64,000 nt of DNA from Ignavibacteriales bacterium (GTDB lineage: Bacteria > Bacillota > Sulfobacillia > JABLXB01): positions 50,129-114,128 of the forward strand of contig JBLNBR010000013.1 of NCBI GenBank assembly GCA_050260105.1. The letters are read 5' to 3'. The position numbers and the translations under genes are program-made. Shown piece after piece: positions 30,166 to 38,714 of the stretch. Positions within the stretch are counted from its first letter, which is position 1. Each line of letters starts with the position of its first letter. The notes below the pieces were generated by a model. The model was not told where the DNA came from. It saw nothing but the letters and a program-made list of their open reading frames with translations, and ran no database searches.

Positions 30166-32526
30166 ATGAACGAACGGGTTGCGATGTTGAGACAGAGGAG
30201 CCTCGAGACGAAACCATTCATATCGACAGAGCGGGCCGAACTCATGACCCAATTCCACAGGGAATTCTGCGGCGCGGTATCCGTCCCCGTCCGCCGGGCC
30301 CTGGCGTTCAAGCACCTGATGGAGAACAAGACCATCTACATCGGCGAGGGGGAGCTGATCGTCGGGGAGAGAGGGCCGGAGCCGAAGGCGACCCCGACTT
30401 ACCCCGAGCTGTGCTGCCATAGCCTGCAGGACCTCGACATCCTCAACTCCAGGGAGAAGATACCGTTCAAGGTCAGCCCGGAAGCGCGGCGCGTATACGA
30501 GGACGTGATCATACCGTTCTGGAGCGGTAAGTCCATGCGGGACATGATATTCAGGGAGATGTCGCAGGAGTGGAAGGACGCGTACGACGCCGGCGTCTTC
30601 ACGGAGTTCATGGAGCAGAGGGCCCCCGGCCACACCGTGCTTGACAACAAGATCTACCACAGGGGGTTTCTCGAATTCAAGAAGGAGATCCAGGAATGCC
30701 TGGATAGCCTCGACTATCTGAACGACCCCGAGGCCTTTTCGAAGAGGGAAGAGCTCAAGGCGATGCTCATCTGCTGTGACGCGATCATGATCTTCGCCGA
30801 GCGTCACGCCGCAAAGGCCAGTGAGCTGGCGGCCCGCGAACCGGATCCCGCGAGGCGGCAGGAGCTGGAGCGCATGGCCGCAGTGTGCAGTTGGGTGCCT
30901 GCTCACGCCCCCAGGGATTTCCACGAAGCGCTCCAGGCGTACTGGTTCGTTCACCTGGGCGTAATCACTGAGCTTAACACGTGGGACGCCTTCAACCCCG
31001 GCAGGCTCGACCAGCATCTGTACCCCTTCTACAAGAAGGGCCTCGAGAATGGCTCGCTCACCGTCGAGAAGGCACGCGAGCTGCTTCAATGCTTCTGGGT
31101 CAAGTTCAACAACCAGCCTGCGCCTCCGAAGGTCGGGGTCACGGCGGCGGAGAGCGGCACCTACACCGACTTCGCCAACATCAACCTCGGGGGATTGAAG
31201 CCCGACGGCTCTGACGGCGTCAATGACCTGACATACCTTCTTCTCGAGGTCATCGACGAGATGAGGCTCGTGCAGCCGAGCACCAACATACAGCTCAGCA
31301 AGAAGAATCCTGATAGATTCCTCAAGGCCGCATGCAGGGTGATCCGGAAGGGCTGGGGCCAGCCATCGATATTCAACGCGGACGAGATCGTCCAGGAACT
31401 CCTGAGACAGGGCAAGTCGGTCGAGGACGCCCGGAACGGGGGAGCGAGCGGCTGCGTCGAGACGGGCGCCTTCGGCAAGGAGAGCTACATCCTCACCGGA
31501 TACTTCAACATCGTGAAGATGATCGAACTGGCTCTGAATGACGGCGTGGACCCGAGGACGGGGAAGCAGTTGGGTCCGAAGACCGGCAACCCCCGCCAAT
31601 TCGAGACGTTCGACGAGGTGTGCGACGCTTTCAGAAGGCAGATGAAATACTTCATCGACGTCAAGATCAAGGGCAGCAATATCATCGAGCGGGCGTTCGC
31701 CGCCTACATGCCGTCGCCGTTCCTTTCGATCATCATCGACGACTGCATCAAGAATGGCAGGGACTACAACGACGGTGGCGCGAGGTACAACACGGACTAC
31801 ATCCAGGGCGTGGGCCTCGGAAGCGCCACGGACTGCCTGTCGGCGATCAAGTATCACGTCTACGACCAGGGCAATCTCAGCATGGATGACCTCCTGAAAG
31901 CCATCGGAGAGGACTTCGAGGGACAGGAGAGGGTGCGCCAGCTCCTCCTCAACAAAACGCCCAGGTACGGCAATGACGACGACTACGCCGACGACATCAT
32001 GAGGTTCATCTTCAACAGCTTCTACGATGAGGTGAACGGCAGGAAAAACACCAAGGGCGGTGTCTACAGGATCAACATGCTCCCGACCACCTGCCATGTC
32101 TACTTTGGGTCCGTGGTGGGCGCGATGCCGGACGGGAGGAAGGCCTGGCAGCCGTTGTCCGAGGGGATATCGCCGGTGCAGGGCTCGGACAGGCGAGGAC
32201 CGACGGCTGTGATCAAGTCCGCCTCCAAGATGGACCATGTACGGACGGGCGGCACACTCCTCAACCAGAAGTTCACACCCCAGCTCCTTGAGGGTGAGGA
32301 GGGCATCGAGAGACTGGCCAACCTGGTACGGACGTATTTCAGGCTGGACGGCCATCACATCCAGTTCAACGTGGTGGGCGTGGAGACGCTGCGCGCGGCG
32401 CAGAAGGAACCCGAGAAGTACAGGGACCTCATCGTGCGCGTCGCGGGTTACAGCGATTACTTCTGCGACCTGGGCAAATCGCTTCAGGACGAGATCATCG
32501 CCCGGACCGAGCACGCCAGCTTCTGA
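30166..32526 (+). CDS. Glycyl radical enzyme of the PFL2 / 1,2-eliminase (glycerol dehydratase, HypD, CutC-like) family; substrate unknown
   Basis: 786 aa. Catalytic Cys loop GGASGCVETGAFG and C-terminal glycyl-radical motif RVAGYSDYF. Sits immediately downstream of the activase. Confidence 0.85.
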   Translation: MNERVAMLRQRSLETKPFISTERAELMTQFHREFCGAVSVPVRRALAFKHLMENKTIYIGEGELIVGERGPEPKATPTYPELCCHSLQDLDILNSREKIPFKVSPEARRVYEDVIIPFWSGKSMRDMIFREMSQEWKDAYDAGVFTEFMEQRAPGHTVLDNKIYHRGFLEFKKEIQECLDSLDYLNDPEAFSKREELKAMLICCDAIMIFAERHAAKASELAAREPDPARRQELERMAAVCSWVPAHAPRDFHEALQAYWFVHLGVITELNTWDAFNPGRLDQHLYPFYKKGLENGSLTVEKARELLQCFWVKFNNQPAPPKVGVTAAESGTYTDFANINLGGLKPDGSDGVNDLTYLLLEVIDEMRLVQPSTNIQLSKKNPDRFLKAACRVIRKGWGQPSIFNADEIVQELLRQGKSVEDARNGGASGCVETGAFGKESYILTGYFNIVKMIELALNDGVDPRTGKQLGPKTGNPRQFETFDEVCDAFRRQMKYFIDVKIKGSNIIERAFAAYMPSPFLSIIIDDCIKNGRDYNDGGARYNTDYIQGVGLGSATDCLSAIKYHVYDQGNLSMDDLLKAIGEDFEGQERVRQLLLNKTPRYGNDDDYADDIMRFIFNSFYDEVNGRKNTKGGVYRINMLPTTCHVYFGSVVGAMPDGRKAWQPLSEGISPVQGSDRRGPTAVIKSASKMDHVRTGGTLLNQKFTPQLLEGEEGIERLANLVRTYFRLDGHHIQFNVVGVETLRAAQKEPEKYRDLIVRVAGYSDYFCDLGKSLQDEIIARTEHASF

Positions 32527-32580
32527 CAGTGATATGATAGTACCGTAGGGCGCTGGAGTGCCGATTGGGGTCGAGGTTGA

Positions 32581-32847
32581 GTGAACACACAGGGGAAGAA
32601 AACCGAGAACCGCAAACAGAAGCTTGTCCGGCGGCTCGGAGTGAAGAGCCCCTCTGGTTGCAGACGTATCTCCGACAGCAAGGCAGTCTACCAGATCAGA
32701 GTCACTTGTTCCAGAACCGCACCCAAGAGGTGCTACCGGATCTACTCAGAGGAAGATATCAAGGGCTTCATTGATGCTGACGAAATGTCGCCAGAACTAG
32801 ATAGGAAAGTGACCCGCCTTCTTAACCATGGGCGCCGGGACTCCTGA
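32581..32847 (+). CDS. Hypothetical basic 88-aa ORF at the edge of the low-GC island
   Basis: GTG-initiated Lys/Arg-rich ORF in lower-GC DNA. No homolog recognised. It could be a gene remnant. Confidence 0.25.
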   Translation: MNTQGKKTENRKQKLVRRLGVKSPSGCRRISDSKAVYQIRVTCSRTAPKRCYRIYSEEDIKGFIDADEMSPELDRKVTRLLNHGRRDS

Positions 32848-33065
32848 AAGATTCAGGGTCTTTCTCGACGCGACAATATGGGTTGCAGCAGCAGGAAGTC
32901 CGGCGGGGGGATCGGCCAAGATCATCCAGCTGGCGACGGCCGGATACTTCCGATGGCTCTAACGATAGCGGGCCGGTGGCACTTGGTTGGAGAAAGGGAT
33001 TGTTACACCCTGGATTCATATACCGGCGGGGTGGTGAAGATAAACGTTAGCAAGGGGGTTGTCAA

Positions 33066-34214
33066 ATGAGCAGAATTGCCGTTAGCGCAGACGTTATGCG
33101 CTGGGCTTTGGAGCGCTCTAATCTGACCATTGACGACCTGCAGAAACGGCTTCCAGGGATTCGCCATTGGGTGGACGGCATGAAGCAGCCGACATTGAGG
33201 CAACTAGAGGAACTGGCGAAGGTAACTTCAACGCCGCTCGGATACTTCTTCCTTGAGCAGCCACCGCTAGAGCGATTGCCCATTCCGCACTTTAGAACCC
33301 ATGCCGACGGGGATTTGGGCAGGCCGAGCCCTGACCTTCTTGAGACCATTCAAATGATGCAGCGCCGGCAGTTCTGGATGCGTGACTTCCTGATTGAGCA
33401 AGGCCAGGAACGGCTTGCGTTCGTGGGATCTGCGCAACTTGAAGAACAGGCTGCACTGACCGCGCGAAGCCTGCGTCGTACGCTGGGTCTTCCCGAAGGG
33501 TGGGCGGCTCTTCAGAAGACGTGGACGGATGCCCTGCATGTTCTTCGTGAAGCCATGGAAGACGCAGGGATCCTGGTAGTCGTCAATGGTATTGTCGGGA
33601 ACAACACCCATCGCAAGCTCGATCCACAAGAATTCCGAGGTTTTGTTCTGGTGGACGAGTACGCCCCGCTATTATTTGTGAATGGTGCCGACTACAAGGC
33701 TGCGCAGATGTTTACGCTAGCCCACGAGCTGGCGCACGTGTTCTTTGGAAGCAGTGCTGCATTTGATCTGCGTGAAATGCAACCAGCTCGTGACCCAATG
33801 GAGCAGGCATGTAACCGGGTAGCTGCTGAGTTTCTAGTTCCCGAGACTGAGTTGTGCGAACGTTGGCCCTTTGTCCGAGACCGTTCAGAACCCTTTCAGG
33901 AACTTGCCCGCGCATTCAAAGTCAGCGTTCTCGTAGCCGCACGAAGGGCATTGGACCTTGGATTGATCCAGAAAGATGCCTTCTTCGAATTCTACCATGC
34001 ATATGAGGCCGGCGAGCGACGCGCGGCTGCTCAACGACCAGAGGGGGGGGACTTCTTTGCCAACCAGAACCTACGTGTGGGAAAGCGATTCGCCTCCGCT
34101 GTGATCCAGGCTGCTAAGGAAGGGAGTCTCCTGTACTCTGAAGCATATCAGCTAACCGGACTCTATGGGAAGACTTTCGACACCTACGCATTCTCTCTTG
34201 GATTGGGGGACTAG
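33066..34214 (+). CDS. XRE-type HTH domain fused to an ImmA/IrrE-family (COG2856) zinc metallopeptidase
   Basis: AAGGGGG RBS. N-terminal HTH (SNLTIDDLQKRLPGIRHWVDGMKQPTLRQLEELAKVT) and HEXXH motif TLAHELAHVFF within a DUF955-like peptidase region. Located in a lower-GC island. Confidence 0.8.
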   Translation: MSRIAVSADVMRWALERSNLTIDDLQKRLPGIRHWVDGMKQPTLRQLEELAKVTSTPLGYFFLEQPPLERLPIPHFRTHADGDLGRPSPDLLETIQMMQRRQFWMRDFLIEQGQERLAFVGSAQLEEQAALTARSLRRTLGLPEGWAALQKTWTDALHVLREAMEDAGILVVVNGIVGNNTHRKLDPQEFRGFVLVDEYAPLLFVNGADYKAAQMFTLAHELAHVFFGSSAAFDLREMQPARDPMEQACNRVAAEFLVPETELCERWPFVRDRSEPFQELARAFKVSVLVAARRALDLGLIQKDAFFEFYHAYEAGERRAAAQRPEGGDFFANQNLRVGKRFASAVIQAAKEGSLLYSEAYQLTGLYGKTFDTYAFSLGLGD

Positions 34215-34216
34215 AA

Positions 34217-34717
34217 ATGACTAGCCCCATTTTCGTCCTCGACGCCAATGTATTCATTGAGGCCGCCAACCGGTACTATGCGTTTGACCTTGCTCCTGGG
34301 TTCTGGGAGAGCCTCGTTTATCACGCGAAGAACGGATTCATTCTGAGTATTGATCGGGTTCGGGGGGAATTGGAGCGAGTGCATGATCATCTTGCTGCTT
34401 GGGTGGCAGGAGAGTTTGCGTTCGCTTTCGTCTCGACTGATGAAGTGAGTATCACTGAAGCCTACAGAGAGGTAATGACTTGGGTGCAACATCAGAACCA
34501 GTTCTTGGAGGCCGCAAAGGCAGATTTTGCGAGCGGTGCGGACGGTTGGCTGTTGGCCTTTGCGAGAGCAAGGAACTGCATCATTGTTACCCATGAGGTG
34601 CCAAAACCGGATATCAGAAGGAAGGTTCCGATTCCGAATGTCTGCCAACAATTCGGTATAGGCTACGTCAACACATTTGAGATGCTCCGAAGACTCGGGA
34701 TTAGATGGGTAATCTGA
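34217..34717 (+). CDS. DUF4411-family PIN-like domain protein (putative nuclease/toxin)
   Basis: ATG 3 nt after the ImmA stop with a GGGGGAC RBS. N-terminal IFVLDANVFIEAAN is a PIN-like first strand with conserved Asp. Length 166 aa fits DUF4411. The assignment is from memory of the family. Confidence 0.6.
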   Translation: MTSPIFVLDANVFIEAANRYYAFDLAPGFWESLVYHAKNGFILSIDRVRGELERVHDHLAAWVAGEFAFAFVSTDEVSITEAYREVMTWVQHQNQFLEAAKADFASGADGWLLAFARARNCIIVTHEVPKPDIRRKVPIPNVCQQFGIGYVNTFEMLRRLGIRWVI

Positions 34718-34960
34718 AACAAGGAAACTCGGGCCTGTCTAAACAAGTCCGGTTGCGAGTGCACTGACAAGCCTGCGTAATGAGATTTCCCCACCGACTG
34801 GATCAACGATGCCATCCTGCCTCTCAAACTACCCCCCTGACACATACGGGCAAGTCTCTCGGACCAATGTGACTGGGCAGAATTCGAATCGTTGTAGACT
34901 CGTGGGCACAGGAAATGGGCTTGCATGCGACCGCGAACGATCGGCTCCCACCAATCGCAC

Positions 34961-35037
34961 ATCATTCGGATCTGCCGCGTTGACAGGCATTTTGCCGGGT
35001 GTTACGATGGGGTTGGTAGGTGCTAGATCCGAACATT
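34961..35037 (+). promoter_or_regulatory. pur operon promoter bracketed by PurBox-like inverted half-sites
   Basis: TTGACA (about 34980), 17-nt spacer, TACGAT (about 35003). Upstream half-site ATCATTCGGATCT (about 34961-34973) and downstream AGATCCGAACATT (about 35025-37), which matches the Firmicute PurBox AWWWCCGAACWWT at 12/13 positions. Together they form an inverted repeat. Confidence 0.45.
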
Positions 35038-35073
35038 TCCCCCAACCCTCATGAAGCCGCAGGAGGGACAGCC

Positions 35074-35688
35074 GTGGACAAGGCGCAGGATAGACCGCTT
35101 ATCACCATCATCATGGGAAGCGACTCCGACCTCCCCGTCATGAACGAGGCAGCCAAGACGTTGGAGTCATTCGATGTCGGGTTCGACTTGCACATCGCCT
35201 CGGCTCACAGGACCCCCGGGTTGGTCGAGGATATCGTGAAACAGGCCACTGACAGGGGCGCCCGCGTCATCATCGCCGGCGCCGGCCTGAGCGCGCACCT
35301 GCCGGGGGTTATCGCGTCCCACACGACTCTTCCGGTGATCGGCGTGCCGCTCAAGGCGGGCGCTTTGAATGGAGTCGATGCCCTCTACTCCATAGTGCAG
35401 ATGCCCCCCGGGATCCCCGTCGCGACAGTGGGGATAGACGCGGCAAGGAATGCCGCGCTGCTCGCGGTGCAGATACTTGCAGCGGGGGCCTGGGAACGCG
35501 GTGACGACGACGCCGGTGATGACCGGACCCCCGTGTCTGGAACCGGCAGCGTCGAGCTTCCGGCTGCAGGCGGTCTTGCCGCGAGACTGGCCCGGAGGCT
35601 CCGCGAGTACCGTGATGGGCTGGCGGCCTCGGTGGAGGCGAAGGAGCGGCGGCTTCAAACGAAGGGATACGGGGGGTCCGAGGGATGA
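35074..35688 (+). CDS. purE: N5-carboxyaminoimidazole ribonucleotide mutase PurE
   Basis: GTG start with an AGGAGGG RBS (the ORF's longer 5' extension overlaps the promoter). [12 protein letters not shown] motif. Has a C-terminal insertion (GDDDAGDD...) relative to typical PurE. Confidence 0.85.
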   Translation: MDKAQDRPLITIIMGSDSDLPVMNEAAKTLESFDVGFDLHIASAHRTPGLVEDIVKQATDRGARVIIAGAGLSAHLPGVIASHTTLPVIGVPLKAGALNGVDALYSIVQMPPGIPVATVGIDAARNAALLAVQILAAGAWERGDDDAGDDRTPVSGTGSVELPAAGGLAARLARRLREYRDGLAASVEAKERRLQTKGYGGSEG

Positions 35689-36983
35689 TACCCAGGTATT
35701 CACGGCCTGAAATGGCCTCGATATGGTCGGATGAGAGTAAGTACGCCGCATGGCTCGAGGTGGAGATCCTTGCCTGCGAGGCGTGGTCGAAACTCGGGGT
35801 CATCCCGCCGGAGGCGGTGGAGCAGATCCGGTCCCGCGCGAAGATAGACACCGCTCGCATCGCCGAAATCGAGGCCGGGGTGAGGCATGACGTCATAGCA
35901 TTCACCACTCAGGTCGCTGAGACAGCGGGCGAGGCGGGCAAGTGGATCCACTACGGGCTGACGTCGTACGACGTCGTCGACACGGCCCTATCTCACTTGA
36001 TGGTGAAGGCAGCCGCACTGATCGTGCGCGACCTGGAGGACCTGCGGGAAGCCGTCGCGGTCCAGGCCCGAAAGCACAAGATGACCCCCACGATCGGCCG
36101 TACTCACGGCGTTCACGCCGAACCCATGACGTTCGGAATGAAGATGGCCCTCTGGTACGCCGAGATCGGCCGGTGCATCGAACGGGTCGCCAGGGCGTCG
36201 GAGGTCTGCGGCTACGGCAAGGTGTCGGGCGCTGTCGGCACGTTCGCTCACGTGGACCCGTTCGTGGAGCGCTATGTGTGTGAGAGCCTCGGCCTTAAGC
36301 CCGCCCCCGTATCCACACAGGTCCTGCAGCGCGACAGGCACGCGGAGTACGTCGTCCAGATGGCGCTCGTTGCCTCGTCGCTCGAGAAGTTTGCCACGGA
36401 AATCAGGCATTTGCAGCGGACCGAGGTGCAGGAGGCAGAGGAGCCGTTCCGGGAGGGGCAGAAGGGCTCATCCGCAATGCCGCACAAGAGGAACCCGGTT
36501 GTCTGCGAGCAGATCTGCGGTCTGGCTCGTGTGGTGAGGGGCTACGCGACAACCGCGATGGAGAATATGAACCTCTGGCACGAGCGGGACATCTCCAACT
36601 CGTCGGTGGAGCGGATCGTCATTCCCGATGCGACCATCCTGCTGGACTACATGGTCTCCCGGTTCACCACGGTGGTGAAGGACCTGCGGGTCTATACCGG
36701 GAGGATGAGATCGAATCTCGAAATGACCGGCGGCCTCATATTCTCCCAGGAGATCATGTTGGCCCTGGTCGAGAAGGGCATGCCCAGAGAAGAAGCGTAC
36801 GGAATCGTTCAGTCGCTTGCCATGAAGGCGCGCGATGAGGGTCTCGAGTTCAAATCCCTCGTCGGGCACGATCAGCGCATCAGGCAGGTTCTGGGTGATC
36901 GGGAGATCGAGACCGTGTTCGACTACGAGCGGCAGCTGGGGCGGATCGACGAGGTGTTCTCGCGGGCCGGCCTTGAGGGTTGA
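35685..36983 (+). CDS. purB: Adenylosuccinate lyase
   Basis: 432 aa. Fumarate-lyase signature [15 protein letters not shown] overlap with purE. Confidence 0.9.
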   Translation: MIPRYSRPEMASIWSDESKYAAWLEVEILACEAWSKLGVIPPEAVEQIRSRAKIDTARIAEIEAGVRHDVIAFTTQVAETAGEAGKWIHYGLTSYDVVDTALSHLMVKAAALIVRDLEDLREAVAVQARKHKMTPTIGRTHGVHAEPMTFGMKMALWYAEIGRCIERVARASEVCGYGKVSGAVGTFAHVDPFVERYVCESLGLKPAPVSTQVLQRDRHAEYVVQMALVASSLEKFATEIRHLQRTEVQEAEEPFREGQKGSSAMPHKRNPVVCEQICGLARVVRGYATTAMENMNLWHERDISNSSVERIVIPDATILLDYMVSRFTTVVKDLRVYTGRMRSNLEMTGGLIFSQEIMLALVEKGMPREEAYGIVQSLAMKARDEGLEFKSLVGHDQRIRQVLGDREIETVFDYERQLGRIDEVFSRAGLEG

Positions 36984-37011
36984 CTGTCGAGGGTTACGCC
37001 ACTCAGAACTG

Positions 37012-37746
37012 ATGAAGGTGGTGCGTGCTGTGGCAGAGGTTTGGAAAGTGGACAAGCTTTATGAAGGAAAAGCCAAGATCGTGTTCGCGACCGGAGACCC
37101 CGACCTCCTGATCGTTCATTACAAGGACTCGGCGACAGCCTTCGACGGAAAGAAGAAAGGGACCATTGAGGGGAAGGGCGTCATAAACGCCGAGATGTCC
37201 GCGGTGTTTTTCACGATCCTCCGGGACGCGGGGGTGCCGAATCACTTCGAGAGGCTGCTCAGCCCCGGAGAGATGCTCGTCAAGCGACTCCAGATCGTGC
37301 CCGTGGAGGTAGTGGTGAGAAACATCATCGCGGGCAGCCTTTCCAAGCGCCTCGGCTTGCCCGAGGGCACGGGCCTCAAGAGACCTGTCCTCGAGTTCTA
37401 CTACAAGAGTGACGAGCTCGGCGACCCCATGATCAACGAATACCACGTGTACGCTCTGGATATGGCGACAGAGGCCGAGATGGAGGAGATCGCAAGGCTG
37501 GCCATGAAGACCAACGAAGCCCTGCGAGGTTTCTTGAATCCGAGGAACATCGATCTGGTCGATTTCAAACTCGAATTCGGCAGGTACCGCGGAGGCATCA
37601 TCCTTGGGGACGAGATTTCCCCGGATACGTGCCGTTTCTGGGATTCCAATAGCAGGGAGAAACTGGACAAGGACAGGTTCAGGAGGGACCTCGGCGGGGT
37701 GGAGGACGCCTACCGTGAGGTACTCAGGAGGGTCATATCCGCATGA
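37012..37746 (+). CDS. purC: SAICAR synthetase
   Basis: Start refined to [31 protein letters not shown] synthetase motifs ([18 protein letters not shown]). Confidence 0.85.
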   Translation: MKVVRAVAEVWKVDKLYEGKAKIVFATGDPDLLIVHYKDSATAFDGKKKGTIEGKGVINAEMSAVFFTILRDAGVPNHFERLLSPGEMLVKRLQIVPVEVVVRNIIAGSLSKRLGLPEGTGLKRPVLEFYYKSDELGDPMINEYHVYALDMATEAEMEEIARLAMKTNEALRGFLNPRNIDLVDFKLEFGRYRGGIILGDEISPDTCRFWDSNSREKLDKDRFRRDLGGVEDAYREVLRRVISA

Positions 37747-38021
37747 ACTACCTGGCAAGGGTGACGGTGTCGCTCAAGAAATCCGTGTTGGACCCGCAGG
37801 GCGCGGCGGTGAAGTCGGGTCTGGCCTCGATGGGTTTCACGAACGTCGCGGGAGTGAGGATCGGCAAGCACATGGAGATTGATCTCTCGGAGTGCGATTC
37901 CGCCGCGGATGCGGCAGGCGTCGTTGACGAGATGTGCAGGAAACTCCTTGCAAACCCCGTGATCGAGGAGTACGAGTTCGAGGTCGTCGAGGCTTCACCC
38001 GGGGAGGCGGCTGGACGGTGA
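37743..38021 (+). CDS. purS: FGAM synthase PurS subunit
   Basis: 92 aa, [20 protein letters not shown]..., typical PurS. Overlaps the purC stop. Confidence 0.85.
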   Translation: MNYLARVTVSLKKSVLDPQGAAVKSGLASMGFTNVAGVRIGKHMEIDLSECDSAADAAGVVDEMCRKLLANPVIEEYEFEVVEASPGEAAGR

Positions 38022-38713
38022 AGTTCGGGGTGGTCGTGTTCCCGGGCTCCAACTGCGACGCCGACGCGTTCTACGCGATCAGGGACGGCCTGTCGCAGCC
38101 TGTAGATTATATCTGGCACCAGAGTCGCAGCGTCTCGTCGTACGACTGTATTGTGCTTCCGGGCGGATTCGCCTTCGGCGACTACCTCCGGGCAGGGGCG
38201 ATAGCCCGGTTTTCCCCCGTCATGGACGCCGTGGAGGAATTCGCGGCCCGTGGCGGCCTGGTGCTGGGTGTCTGCAATGGTTTCCAGGTTCTGCTCGAGT
38301 GCGGGCTGCTCCCCGGCGCCATGCTCAGGAACGACAGCCTGCAATTCAGGTGCATGTATGTCAACCTCAGGGTGGAGAACACCGCGACCCCGTTTACGAA
38401 CAGGCTCGTGCCCGGGCAGGTAGTCCGCATCCCCATAGCCCACGGCGAGGGCAACTACTACGCCGACGAACAGACCCTCCACGATCTCGAAGACAGAGGC
38501 CGCATTCTCTTCCGGTACTGCGATGACGAGGGCAGGACGACGGCGGAGGCCAACCCCAACGGGGCGCTGTGCAACATCGCCGGGATATGCAACGAGAGGG
38601 GCAATGTCGCGGGGATGATGCCCCACCCCGAGAGGGCGTACCAGCGCAGGCTCGGTTCTGACGACGGGCTGGCGGTCTTCCGGTCCATAGTCTCGTTCCT
38701 GGAGGGCAGATGA
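38018..38713 (+). CDS. purQ: FGAM synthase glutamine amidotransferase subunit PurQ
   Basis: GTGA overlap start ([17 protein letters not shown]). Catalytic Cys in GVCNGFQVL and the HPER motif. Confidence 0.85.
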   Translation: MKFGVVVFPGSNCDADAFYAIRDGLSQPVDYIWHQSRSVSSYDCIVLPGGFAFGDYLRAGAIARFSPVMDAVEEFAARGGLVLGVCNGFQVLLECGLLPGAMLRNDSLQFRCMYVNLRVENTATPFTNRLVPGQVVRIPIAHGEGNYYADEQTLHDLEDRGRILFRYCDDEGRTTAEANPNGALCNIAGICNERGNVAGMMPHPERAYQRRLGSDDGLAVFRSIVSFLEGR

Positions 38714-38714
38714 C

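Noticed and set aside
32878-33069. 63-aa ORF and 65-aa antisense ORF (32822..33019) in the island spacer
   Set aside because: No RBS, no homology-like features. Probably non-coding spacer or promoter region for the ImmA gene.
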